Below, piece by piece: positions 10,935 to 21,238 of a DNA stretch of 32,194 nt. The stretch comes from Octopus bimaculoides (lineage: Eukaryota). The notes beneath the pieces were generated by a model, which had not been told where the DNA came from, ran no database searches, and saw only the letters and a list, made by a program, of their open reading frames with translations. Each line of letters opens with the position of its first letter. The first letter of the stretch is position 1. The stretch covers positions 115,070,676 through 115,102,869 of the forward strand of contig NC_068981.1 in NCBI RefSeq assembly GCF_001194135.2, written 5' to 3'. The translations under genes were made by a program, and so were the position numbers.

Positions 10935-11144
10935 TATTGGTTTTTGGTACAAGGCCAGCAAATGTGGGTGAGGGATAAGTTTATCTCATCGACTCCAGTG
11001 CTCGACTGGTACTTATTTCATTGTCGCCAAAAGGATGAAAGGCAAAGTCAACCTTGGTGAAATTTGAACTGAGAACGTAAAGACGAACAAGACACCACTA
11101 AGCATTTTACCCCACGTGCTAACGATTCTGCCAGCTCGCCACTT
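10935..11144 (-). mobile_element. SINE family M, tail type A
   Basis: Minus strand has the GGCGAGCTGGCAGAATCGTTAGCACG head with A/B-box-like motifs, a central CTTTGCCTTTCATCCTTT...AAATAAGTACCAG domain, and the tail GCTGGCCTTGTACCAAAAACCAATATT. Confidence 0.8.
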
Positions 11145-11160
11145 TTCGAGTGAGTGTAAT

Positions 11161-11387
11161 GATGATTTCAAATTTTGGCACAAGGCCAGCAAATTCGGGT
11201 GAGAAAGTTATTCGATTACATCAACCCCAGTGTTCGACTGGTACTCATCCAGAAGGATGAAAGTCAAAGTCAGCCTCGGCGAAAGTTGAATTCAGAATAT
11301 AAAAACGGAGGAAATTCCGTTAAGCATTTTGCCCTACGTGCTAGCATTTCTGCCCTACGTGCTAGCAATTCTGCCAGCTCGCCACTT
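11161..11387 (-). mobile_element. SINE family M, tail type A, adjacent second copy with 16-bp TSD
   Basis: Flanked by TTCGAGTGAGTGTAAT (11145-11160) and TTCGAGTTAGTATAAT (11388-11403). Carries an internal ~20-bp tandem duplication at 11324-11364. Confidence 0.8.
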
Positions 11388-11790
11388 TTCGAGTTAGTAT
11401 AATATTAACCCTTTTGATACCAATCAGCCTCAAAACCGTCCCTCTTTCTACGATACAAACTACTTGTTTTAAAATGATGTAAGATAAAACCTTCCATACA
11501 AATTTCTTGCTAGTGTATATTCTCAATACCTACTTAATAACAATAATTACTTTACTAAATTCTTCGTTATCTTTTATTTGCTCCATTCACTGGATTGAGG
11601 CCAAGCTGGGGCCTTGATGGGTTTAGCAGAGGAGATCGATCCCAATATTTATTTATTTTGTTAAAGCCTGGTACTTATTCTATCGTTCTTTCTTTTGTCG
11701 AATCGTTAAAATTGTGGAGCCGTATTTTTATATCACGTAGAATACTTTGCAGTATCCTCCCTTGAAATCAGTGACAACAGTATTACCGTA

Positions 11791-12005
11791 TACTTGTTTC
11801 AATCATAGGACTGTTTCAGTCATTAGACTGCAGCCGTGCTGTGCCACCACCTTGAGGAATTTAATCGACACCAGTACTTATTTTCTTTTTTCTTTTAAAG
11901 CCTGGTATTTATTCTACCGGTCACTTTTGCTGAACCGCTGTTATGGGGACATAAACATACCAACAATGGTTGTCAAGTGATGGTGGTGGACAAACACAGA
12001 CACAA
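11791..12005 (-). mobile_element. SINE family C tail half (head half at 13201-13364)
   Basis: Matches the tail of 3551-3760 and ends at a (TG)n tract into which a mariner is inserted. Confidence 0.75.
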
Positions 12006-12034
12006 TCACACATGTGTGTGTGTGTGTGTATGTA

Positions 12035-12927
12035 CACGTGGCCTGATAAATAAGTATCCGGACTGTTGCTAAAGTAACGAAGCTAAAGCACGGAGAGTAA
12101 AACCGCTTGGCACAAATTGACCTTGAACTCTGTTGTGCATGAGCACTAAGTTTTAACGTTCGGCTTCACTTCCGCTGTTTACAGCAGTGTTTGGAAGGAA
12201 CGTGTGTAGCGTTTGATCGTCGCATTTACCATGACAGAGAAAGTTGAACAGAGAATCTGCATCAAATTTTGCCAAAAGCTTGGCGATATCTGCTCAGGCC
12301 TACGCAAAGTTTTCAAAAAGTTTTCATCGTTCTCAACACAATCAAGATCTTGTGCAACTGAAACCCGAGTGTCTTTTTGGTCAGCTAAAAGCAGATTTGG
12401 TTCAAACTTGGCAGACACGCGTCTCATACCTAAATCTTCAGTGATAATGGACTGAACTGAACCGTAACTAATCTGCACATCATCTGATAACTCACGGATA
12501 GTGATTCGACGATTTCTCCTCACAGCTGCACATACATCTGCGATGTTTTTCTCAGTTCTGCTGGTTGCGGGTATCCCAGAACGTTCGTCAATACCGACAT
12601 ATTTCGACCATCTTGGAAACGTCTGAACCACTCGTACACTCGTGTGTGGCTCATGCACTCCTCTCCATACTCTTTCTGAAACTTTGCTTAGGCCTCTGAG
12701 CAGGTATCGCTATGACAACTTTCTCTGTCATTGTCAATGTGACGATCACACGCTACACACTTTCCTTCCAAGCACTGCTGTAAACAGCGGAAGTGAGCTA
12801 GAATGTTAAAACTTAGTGTGCATGCACAGCAAAGTTCAAGGTCGATCTGTGCCAAGCGACTTTACTCTACATGCTTTAGCTTCGTTAATATAGCAACAGT
12901 CCGGATACTTATTAATCAAATCACACA
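12035..12927. mobile_element. Non-autonomous palindromic mariner derivative
   Basis: TIRs GATAAATAAGTATCCGGACTGTTGCT / AGCAACAGTCCGGATACTTATTAATC, with TA on the left. The inverted repeat extends about 280 bp inward. The minus strand encodes DERSGIPATS...RRITIRELS...LGMRRVSAKF, the mariner HTH/linker region. Confidence 0.85.
12315..12750 (-). pseudogene. Mariner transposase N-terminal half, truncated before the DD34D domain
   Basis: ORF 12179..12658 is mariner-like up to ...DCVENDENFLKT, then reads into the inverted arm. A 5' deletion and frameshift remove the native reading frame. Confidence 0.75.
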
Positions 12928-12934
12928 CACATAT

Positions 12935-13060
12935 ATTTCAAATTTACAGAAAGTAAAAGACGAAAACAGGTATAGGAACAACAAGCAGGTGTATTAGTTT
13001 AACACTTGGAATGAATGGAAAAGTCTTTTACGTTTCGAGACTACGCTTTTTGACAGAAAG
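12935..13060 (-). mobile_element. Second copy of the PLE-like H1 fragment with hammerhead-like motif
   Basis: Reverse complement aligns with 4866-4993. Minus strand 13060-13025 reads CTTT-CTGTCAA-A-AAGC-GTAG-TCTC-GAAAC-GTA-AAAG. Confidence 0.55.
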
Positions 13061-13200
13061 GATTAAAAGGGGACAAATGGAGAGAGAATGAAGAAAACAA
13101 ACGGAGAGTAAAAATGTGTAGAGATCAACGGTTCAACATAATGAAATGGCCGGAAGAAAGATGCTGAATGAAAGGGAGATGATAATGATAATAATATACA

Positions 13201-13364
13201 CTACGGATTTCTTTCAGTTACCGTCTGCCAAATCCACTCACAAGGCTTTGGTCATTCCGAGGCTTTAGTAGAAGACACTTGCCCAAGATGCCACGCAGTG
13301 GGACTGAATCCGGAACCATGTGTTTGGGAAGCAAACTTCTTACCACATAGCCATGCCTGCGCCT
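13201..13364 (-). mobile_element. SINE family C head/core half
   Basis: Minus strand reads GGCGCAGGCATGGCTATGTGGTAAGAAG...GGTTCCGGATTCAGTCCCACTGCGTGGCATCTTGGGCAAGTGTCTTC. Confidence 0.85.
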
Positions 13365-13719
13365 ATTTAATTTTTTATTTATTTATTTATGTGTTTCAGC
13401 CAAGTGGCTGCGGTCATGCTGGTGCACCACCGTGATTGTATACAATCTATATCGATACTTCCGGTAGCAGTCAACTTGATCTAGTTACATTCACTGTAGT
13501 CATTTTCCTCTTATAGCTTCCATAACAGATATTTTGAATGAACATAACCATTCACAATTCCACTTCAGGAGATTCATTACCACTTAAATATTAATGTTCT
13601 TGTTAATGATAGCATTGAGATTATTCGACTGTGAAGTTACAAAAACAAAGAACTAATTTTGTCTCACAAAAAGAATTAGGCTATGAAATGAATAATCATC
13701 GTTTTAACGATTAATACTT

Positions 13720-13871
13720 TCTTCGTTCAGAATCATTAGAGCGTCGCAAAAATGTTTTGCAATATTCCGACTCCTTACGTTCTGAGCTCAAATCCTTTCT
13801 ACTAACGGCACAAGGCCTAAAATTTTGTGGGAAGGGGACTAATCGATTACATCGACTCCAGTGTTTCACTA
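13720..13871. mobile_element. Two SINE family M fragments in opposite orientation: old + strand head (13720-13795) joined to a - strand type B tail (13791-13871)
   Basis: CAGAATCATTAG...TTACGTTCTGAGCTCAAATCC runs into ATCCTTTCTACTAACGGCACAAGGCC...ACATCGACTCCAGTG. Confidence 0.55.
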
Positions 13872-14069
13872 GCAAGCAGCAAAGGGATACTTCCACAAAA
13901 TATTGGAGGATAGACTGATGATGAGGACAGCAACCACAGTCTATCAACAGATAAAACAGCTATTTTGAGAGGATGTGAGGAAAATCATTGTTGGGCCAAT
14001 GTTCCGAAACCTTAATTATTTGAATGAATCCAATAAAAAAATATTTTATAGTCTCGTCGACTGCAACAT

Positions 14070-15050
14070 GACTATGATTGAAGATTGGATGTTTGAATGT
14101 TCGTGGCCTTGTTCAGGTGTTTAAAACCGGGCTACCTGCTAAACAACCTCAGGTCACTTGATTTAGATGCGGTTCTATGAGGCTAGGTCTTCCAGCAAGC
14201 ACTACTGACTACGAAGGCTAGGGTCATGTAAGGAGACTGTAGTGTTTAAGAGAATGTGTTGCTTCGAAGTATAGACGATTCCCTAGGATCCAGACTGCAA
14301 GTCAGGTGTCCTTGAGGTGAGTAACAATCAAGGTACTGACCTGAATATAGTGGCCGTCTATGCCACAGTGTGTGCAGAACGACCACGATTATTCAGACGA
14401 CTTCAGACATTTTTGCGTATACCTTATTTAAGAATCGATCTTAAATCTCAGACAGTTGAAACTGTCTGACAGATACCAACTATATTATCTGAATGCACCA
14501 ACATCATAATTGGTGCATATTATCTGAACGCACCAACATCCAGGATGTTGTTAGTACAGTCGACATGGAAAACGTAGACTGTCCATATTTTCAGGTGGTA
14601 TGTTACACAGACCCTAAGATTATAATATGTTCTGCGAACATAAATAGGACAATATGAATGCATCCATACCTAGAAGAACGAGATTAGTGAATTGGAGTTA
14701 GTAGTTAAGCGGAAACTAACGGGAGCAGTCATAAACAGTCCAAGTGAGGTAGGTTTGAAAGGGAAAATTAGAGCATAACCGGGAAGGTATAGAAAGGAAA
14801 TATCAGTAGCAAGCATAATACTAGATACGTTGTTTAATAGTAAACTATTAAATACGACAAGTTAGAAGTTAGAAAAAATTTGCAGAAAAAGCGGAAGCGG
14901 CTAGGATGTCACTTGACCCACTAAAAATGACGACTGTGTTATTCAAGCAAAGGCGTGTGCATAAAGGTATGGAAAATATTCAGCAGGCTGAGGTGGATGA
15001 GAGGCGTCATGGGAACTAAGCCAAGATACGACATCTGATAGATTTAGGAA
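14070..15050 (+). pseudogene. Decayed L1/Tx1-like LINE ORF2 (APE endonuclease region)
   Basis: KIGCLNVRGL at 14081. Frameshifted GYLLNNLRSLDLDAV and DPDCKSGVLEVSNNQGTDLNIVAVYA follow, with many stops. The right boundary is approximate. Confidence 0.6.
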
Positions 15051-15419
15051 AGACGTAATATCTGATTCTAAGCAAATGAGTGCTGCACTTTGCATTATCA
15101 CTTTCAGCTTCTGAAATGGAAAACAGAAGGGAGAAAATAGAGGATGGTTATGGAAGGGTGTGTAAAGAAAAGGGATCGTCCATGGCTAACTCTAACGAAT
15201 ATGGCGTCATGAATCAATTCACTTTCGTAAGATCAATGTGAAGTTGATGTTTAAGCTACGGTCAGCTCTGAGAAGGAATACGGTCAAAGATGTTCCTACC
15301 GTGACCTCATCTAAGACTACATTGTACAATATGTCCATCGACTTTTTAAGCATGATTATGGCTACAAAATCTAACCGGTCCCGTGACCACGTAAGGCTAC
15401 CTCGTTAGTTGTGAGTTGT

Positions 15420-15600
15420 CATGTTGTTGATTAATCCTAATCGAGCAGACCCATATTCAAAGACATTCCGTTTATACCCATCCCAATATTTTGGGGGCAT
15501 AGTATACCTTGAACAACACTATCTAACGTATCCTCTTTTTTTTTTTTTACTATCGTAGGTGTAATGTGAAGGGTATTAGGCTGCTCTTTCTAGCTGGTTG
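15420..15600 (+). repeat. Dispersed repeat family R copy
   Basis: ATCGAGCAGACCCATATTCAAAGACATTCC...CATCCC...ACACTATCTAACGTATCC...GGCTGCTCTTTCTAGC. Confidence 0.55.
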
Positions 15601-15894
15601 AATGATCGCATAGAACTGGGGTCTCCAACTCAAATGACTCGAGGGCCACACCTCATGCCGGTGGGGGTCTTAAAAAGTAACACAATTTTTTCTGCGTGTG
15701 CTTGGAACTCTTTCAAAGATAAGCTATACCTGATGTCGTTTCTCAGTATTTCCATGGCGTTTCAAGACGCCAGAAATCGATTCTCAAGCAAAGGCAGCAT
15801 ATTTATTTCTTAGCAACTGATGACATTGATGGTTAGACATATTTATGGCATATAATATATATATATAGAAAGAATGTACTCTTCTCTTAAAGCT

Positions 15895-17098
15895 ACTGGC
15901 TACTTTTCTGGCACCGCTTTTCCTTAACCAGCTCGGAAATTTCAGGCATTATTGTTCTATCAGCCTGGAACGTAGGTAAGTCTTGTTCAATTTTAAGGTT
16001 GAAAAAACCCTCTCACACATATGTGCTTCCAGACATACACAACACTTTCTTAACCAAACATGATATTTGGGTATTTCACAGGGTCAACACAGGTGTAGAA
16101 TTGAGGCACTCCAGCATCTGAAAACTTGTTTTAATGCCGAATCACATGTGATGTCAATAAGTTCAATTTGAATAGAGGAAGGAACATCATTAACATCAAA
16201 AGCAAAGGGGTTCGAAAAGACATCAAGATATGGTTTAATTTCCTTCAATTCTTTAAATCATCTGTCAAATTCCCCCTGCAGTTTGTTGCTAAATTTCACA
16301 CACTCCTGTATTGCATCATAGTCCACTGAATTCAACGTTTTCAGCGATGGGAAACGGTCAAAGTATTTCAATAGTAATTATCTCTCCTACACACTTAATC
16401 TCATTTTGAAAGCAGTGATGTTGCCACTCATTTGCATAATTATGTTTGACTTGCCTTGGAGTTTAAAACTGAGTGTATTCAGGTGCTTGGGGATGTCAAC
16501 AAGGAAAGCCAAACATGCACAAAAGTCATCATCACTCAATTCTGGAACATCTGTTTGCTTCGTAGCTATGAACACAGCTATTTCTTCCAAAAGTGCAAAG
16601 AATCTCTCCAAAATATTACCCCGACTTAGCCAGCGTACGTCAGAGTAATAAAGCAGTTCTCTATATTCACTATCCATTTGCTCCCGGAAGGTCTTGAATC
16701 GGCGATGATTCGAAATGTGTGCTCTGATGGTTTTTACGATTTTGACCACGACATCCATGACATTTCGTAGCTTCACTTCTTTTCCATGGAGAGCCTCTTT
16801 ATGAATCAGGCAATGAACAAGTACAATAGGTTGCAGCCAAGTTCAGGTTGCTTTGCCTTAACTAAGCCAATCACGCCACAGTTTTCAGAACAGATTGCAG
16901 GTGCTCTATCAGTTGCTACGGATACAAGCTTCTTCCACTTCAAACCAGCACCTTTAACGGAACTTCCTTTGGGAAGTTTAAAAACATCTCTTCTTGTTGT
17001 CGTGTCTTTCAGTGGGCCTAAGTCAAAAAGTTCTTCGGTCACTTTGAGGTCATTGTCAATACCACGAATGAAAATTGTACAAAATGCTGTGTCACACA
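15895..17098 (-). pseudogene. hAT transposase (SPIN/Buster, GTF2IRD2-like group), decayed
   Basis: Motifs in order: IFIRGID...VTEELFDL, VSVATDRAPA, CLIHKEAL, YSDVRWLSRG, LAFLVDI..HLNTLSFKLQGK and the dimerisation-like GSTYVCERVFSTLKLNK..RSRL. Several frameshifts and stops. The 5' part is lost at a (CA)n tract and gap. Confidence 0.85.
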
Positions 17099-17870
17099 TA
17101 CCAGTGCACACACACACACACACACACACACNNNNNNNNNNNNNNNNNNNNNNNNNNNNNNNNNNNNNNNNNNNNNNNNNNNNNNNNNNNNNNNNNNNNN
17201 NNNNNNNNNNNNNNNNNNNNNNNNNNNNNNNNNNNNNNNNNNNNNNNNNNNNNNNNNNNNNNNNNNNNNNNNNNNNNNNNNNNNNNNNNNNNNNNNNNNN
17301 NNNNNNNNNNNNNNNNNNNNNNNNNNNNNNNNNNNNNNNNNNNNNNNNNNNNNNNNNNNNNNNNNNNNNNNNNNNNNNNNNNNNNNNNNNNNNNNNNNNN
17401 NNNNNNNNNNNNNNNNNNNNNNNNNNNNNNNNNNNNNNNNNNNNNNNNNNNNNNNNNNNNNNNNNNNNNNNNNNNNNNNNNNNNNNNNNNNNNNNNNNNN
17501 NNNNNNNNNNNNNNNNNNNNNNNNNNNNNNNNNNNNNNNNNNNNNNNNNNNNNNNNNNNNNNNNNNNNNNNNNNNNNNNNNNNNNNNNNNNNNNNNNNNN
17601 NNNNNNNNNNNNNNNNNNNNNNNNNNNNNNNNNNNNNNNNNNNNNNNNNNNNNNNNNNNNNNNNNNNNNNNNNNNNNNNNNNNNNNNNNNNNNNNNNNNN
17701 NNNNNNNNNNNNNNNNNNNNNNNNNNNNNNNNNNNNNNNNNNNNNNNNNNNNNNNNNNNNNNNNNNNNNNNNNNNNNNNNNNNNNNNNNNNNNNNNNNNN
17801 NNNNNNNNNNNNNNNNNNNNNNNNNNNNNNNNNNNNNNNNNNNNNNNNNNNNNNNNNNNNNNNNNNNNNN

Positions 17871-17956
17871 CTCCTCCTCCTCCTCCTCCTCCTCCTTCTT
17901 CTTCTTCTTCTTCTTCTTCTTCTTCTTCTTCTTCTTCTTCTTCTTCTTCTTCTTCT
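17871..17956. repeat. (CTC)n-(TTC)n microsatellite
   Basis: Direct reading. Confidence 0.95.
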
Positions 17957-18314
17957 CCACCGCCGCCACCGTCGCTACTACTACTATCTCCGCGCTCCAA
18001 CCAACCACGTCATCGTTTTAACCTAACTTGTTCCGTTAAAGGTGTTTCGCGGGTTTAATTACATAGTAGAAGTGAAATTCCCCCTTTCCAGACCGGAACA
18101 TTCAGCTATGCACTTCAAACCCATGAAGCGATGGATTTCTTCCTGGTTGGGCGACCGGTTAAAAGTAGCAGCCAAACTCCCTTAAATTATACCATACCAT
18201 CTTTAAAATAGGAACGGATACAAAAGACAAAAAGACGGAATAAACATGACTAGAACGTCCTTGTTTATATCAGGCTTAAACAATAAAAACAACAATAAAA
18301 ACAATAACAACAAC

Positions 18315-18455
18315 GAGGCTCTATGCAATCGTTTCACTTGCATCCAAATCTACACCGAAAGCATATTCTTCTATCAGGGAAAAGAGGGGATGGTCCCATA
18401 TGGAACACCTTTGATTATAAGTCATCTGTATCGAGGCTCACCTGGAGCTAAACAA
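18315..18455 (-). repeat. Dispersed repeat family R copy
   Basis: Reverse complement TTGTTTAGCTCCAGGTGAGCCTCGATACAGATGACTTATAATCAAAGGTGTTCC...ACCATCCC matches 15420-15600 and 25715-25790. Confidence 0.5.
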
Positions 18456-19754
18456 TAAAAATCAATAACGACGAAATCAGTAAATTATAGTACAATCACA
18501 CGGGTGGATTTCAATTCCAGTGAGTGGCGCATTGAGTAAGTGCTTTTGGTTGCAGCCTTGTGATGATAACTGTGCAAGAAGCCCGTCTGATACGCCATAA
18601 CTCATTTTAGAAGTTAGACTTAATCCGTCATCCACTTTTATTCTGGAAATGTCTTTAACGGACCCCATTCCGGGATGTTTATTCAGATTCGTCATCTCGT
18701 TCTGAAGATAACTGGGTATCTTGAAGTGCTAGTTTCTGATTTAGCAGCCTATAGTTTGTAGTTTCTTCCTCCCATTTGCCTAACCCCTAATCTTGAAGGC
18801 CCAGTAAGAAGATCAGGGGCCTGCTCTTCTTTTTCTGATTAGATCATGAAATATATAAATAAAAGTTTTTATTAAATTGGTTTTTACTAACTCTGCCTAT
18901 AGGAAACCTTCCAGGTTTCAGTTTTCATATTAAATAAATTTCATACATGTAAACACATATTCCGCAACGAATTAATTCTAAGCAATGTTCTTTGAAATTT
19001 AGGGGTTCTATTTTCAAAATTTTGTAGATGTGGAATTACCATTATTATGTTAAATCAAATAAACGAACACTAAAAATAATAATAACAAACAACAAGAAGA
19101 CGTGCACATGGAATGTATTAGTTTGACGTTTACTAAAAAGAGAATTTTTGACGTTTCGTTCATAGCTCTTCGTCGGAAAGGAAAACGGGGAAAGTCCAAA
19201 GAAAGGGTAGACAGTCCCCAACAGCACGTGTATAGTTACATTTACTGAGTGTCAAACTAATATACTCCATGTGCACGTCATCATGTTATCGTTATTTTTA
19301 ATGTTCATTTATTCGATTTGACTATCTACCGCACGCTCACACGGACCCTCTACGTCCTTCTGACAGATTTGGAGAACCTGATTCATGGATTTTCCTACTC
19401 TCCCTTTGGATTACGTTACCTTTAAATTCCTTCTGAGTGCGTCGTTTCTGTACCATTATTATTCCTTGATACATTTGGACGAGTGTGCTCATCTTGGTTG
19501 TTGATAGTTTGGCCGAGGTACCTTCGGATCGTTTTTCATGTAACTGTCGTATTCGATATTTGGTAAACGGAATGAGAACAATCTAACCTGGGTTTGGTTC
19601 TAAATGCTTATAACTACCAACTTTTGACAAGTACCTGGAGAAGGTTGAAGGTAGAACAGCCCAAAACAAGCTGAGAATACTAGGCCAAATACAGCACTAT
19701 GTAAGAGTGAATTTCAGGAACAAAAATCACAACTTGAAAATGTTGCTGTTGCGT

Positions 19755-19955
19755 CTAATACCGGTTCAGGTATAGCAAACCTATTACTAAAGACATTCCA
19801 TTCATAATCATTCCGACTTTTATTTTAACATGGTGTGTCTTACGTAACACTATCCAATGTGTCCTTTTTAAAACTTTAAGGAGTGATCTGAAAGAGATTT
19901 GTTGGCTATTTCTAGCGAGTCAAGTGTCTATGCAGAAGTCTCTGGGCTGGCTCGT
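19755..19955 (+). repeat. Dispersed repeat family R copy
   Basis: CAAACCTATTACTAAAGACATTCC...ACACTATCCAATGTGTCCTTTT...GAGATTTGTTGGCTATTTCTAGC. Confidence 0.55.
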
Positions 19956-20769
19956 GTCTACATATATTTTACGACAGAACTGAAGCAAAGGGAAGTTGAT
20001 GTATGAGAATAATTCATTCAGGTAGCATAGAGAACACACACGCGCGCGCGCGCGCGGACGGAGAGAAAAAGAGAGTTAGCATGGGGTGGATGAAATTATT
20101 AGCCATCTCTCATGAGCACGTTTGTCTGTGCATTCTGGTGACAGCAGTAGTGTGTATATATGTGCACGTGTATGTGTGTGTATGTGTGAGAGAGGGAATG
20201 AAAGAACGAGAGAAAGAGCTAGTGTGTGCGTGTGTGTGCGCACGTATGTATGTGGACATGCATGTGTCGAGTGAGTGTGCTTCTCGCCTTGAGGACACGC
20301 GTGTGTGCACTCGTGGGTGGACTTTGGTGTGTGAGAGAAGAGTAGCCCGAGATTAGTCACAAACCGGAGGAACGACAGGGGCACTATTCAGCATTATTCG
20401 CTCCTGAAGGAAACCGTGGTTCACATGTTATGGTAGGACAAGAAATAACTCAACCTGTGTCCAAGACGCCTACTAGCATTAACGAGTTGGACGTTCCAAA
20501 ACATGCTTCTAGACGCGCAAAGAAGTCTGGGCTCCATGTCCACTTGCAAAATGAATGGTTACGACTTTCAAGACATCATCTTTACCGCTGTTCACGTCTC
20601 GTGATCACCAACTGACCATCGAAGTCCAAGAAGATCGTCCGAAGCATGAGATCTAGAACTATGAAAAATTTCCAGTTCCATCAGTTCACTCCGACTAAAA
20701 GAAAAGTACGCCTCGCAACCGTCAAGGTGAAGCTTGAACGTGAGTGTCACTGGACAGTATTAATGATAA

Positions 20770-20980
20770 TAATAAAGGTCTCAAAATTTGGTACAAGGCC
20801 AGCAAGTTCAGGGTGGAGGTAAATCGATTACATTGACCCCAGTGCTCAACCGGTACTTATTTTATCGGCTCCGAAAGGATGAAAAGCCAAGTCAACCTCA
20901 CCAGAATTTGAACTCAGAGCATAAAAACGGACGAAATGCCGCTGAGCATTTTACCCAACGTGCTAACGATTGGGCCAACA
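20770..20980 (-). mobile_element. SINE family M, tail type A
   Basis: Aligns with 10935-11144. Confidence 0.8.
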
Positions 20981-20988
20981 CACTACCT

Positions 20989-21046
<58 letters not shown>

Positions 21047-21088
21047 GCTGCTGCTAATAGTAACAACAACAACAACAACAACAACAAC

Positions 21089-21141
<53 letters not shown>
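20989..21141. repeat. Compound trinucleotide microsatellite (TAC)n-(TGC)3-(CAA)n-(TAA)n
   Basis: Direct reading. Confidence 0.95.
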
Positions 21142-21142
<1 letters not shown>

Positions 21143-21238
21143 CCTTTCCACTAAAGGTACAATGCCTGAAATTTTGGTGGGAGGGGACTAGCCGTTTACA
21201 TCGACCCCAGTGTTTCACTGGTACTTAATTTATCGAGC
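21139..21238 (-). mobile_element. SINE family M 3' half, tail type B, ending in (ATT)n
   Basis: ATCCTTTCCACTAAAGGTACAATGCCTGAAATTTT...ACATCGACCCCAGTG...GGTACTTAATTTATCGA. Confidence 0.75.

Noticed and set aside
13909-13945. 9-bp hairpin with ATGATGA in the loop (box C/D snoRNA or hammerhead?)
   Set aside because: No box D (CTGA) near the 3' stem and no GAAA core.
16786-18058. 300-411 aa ORFs spanning the large gap
   Set aside because: Length comes from N-runs and (CA)/(CTT) repeats. Only the hAT-derived part is meaningful.
20989-21141. CRISPR-like array anywhere in the window
   Set aside because: Repeats are simple tandem tracts or dispersed TEs. There is no repeat-spacer periodicity and no cas-like ORF.
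20936-21191. Homopolymer-rich ORFs (poly-T/N/L/I/S)
   Set aside because: Trinucleotide microsatellite read in several frames.
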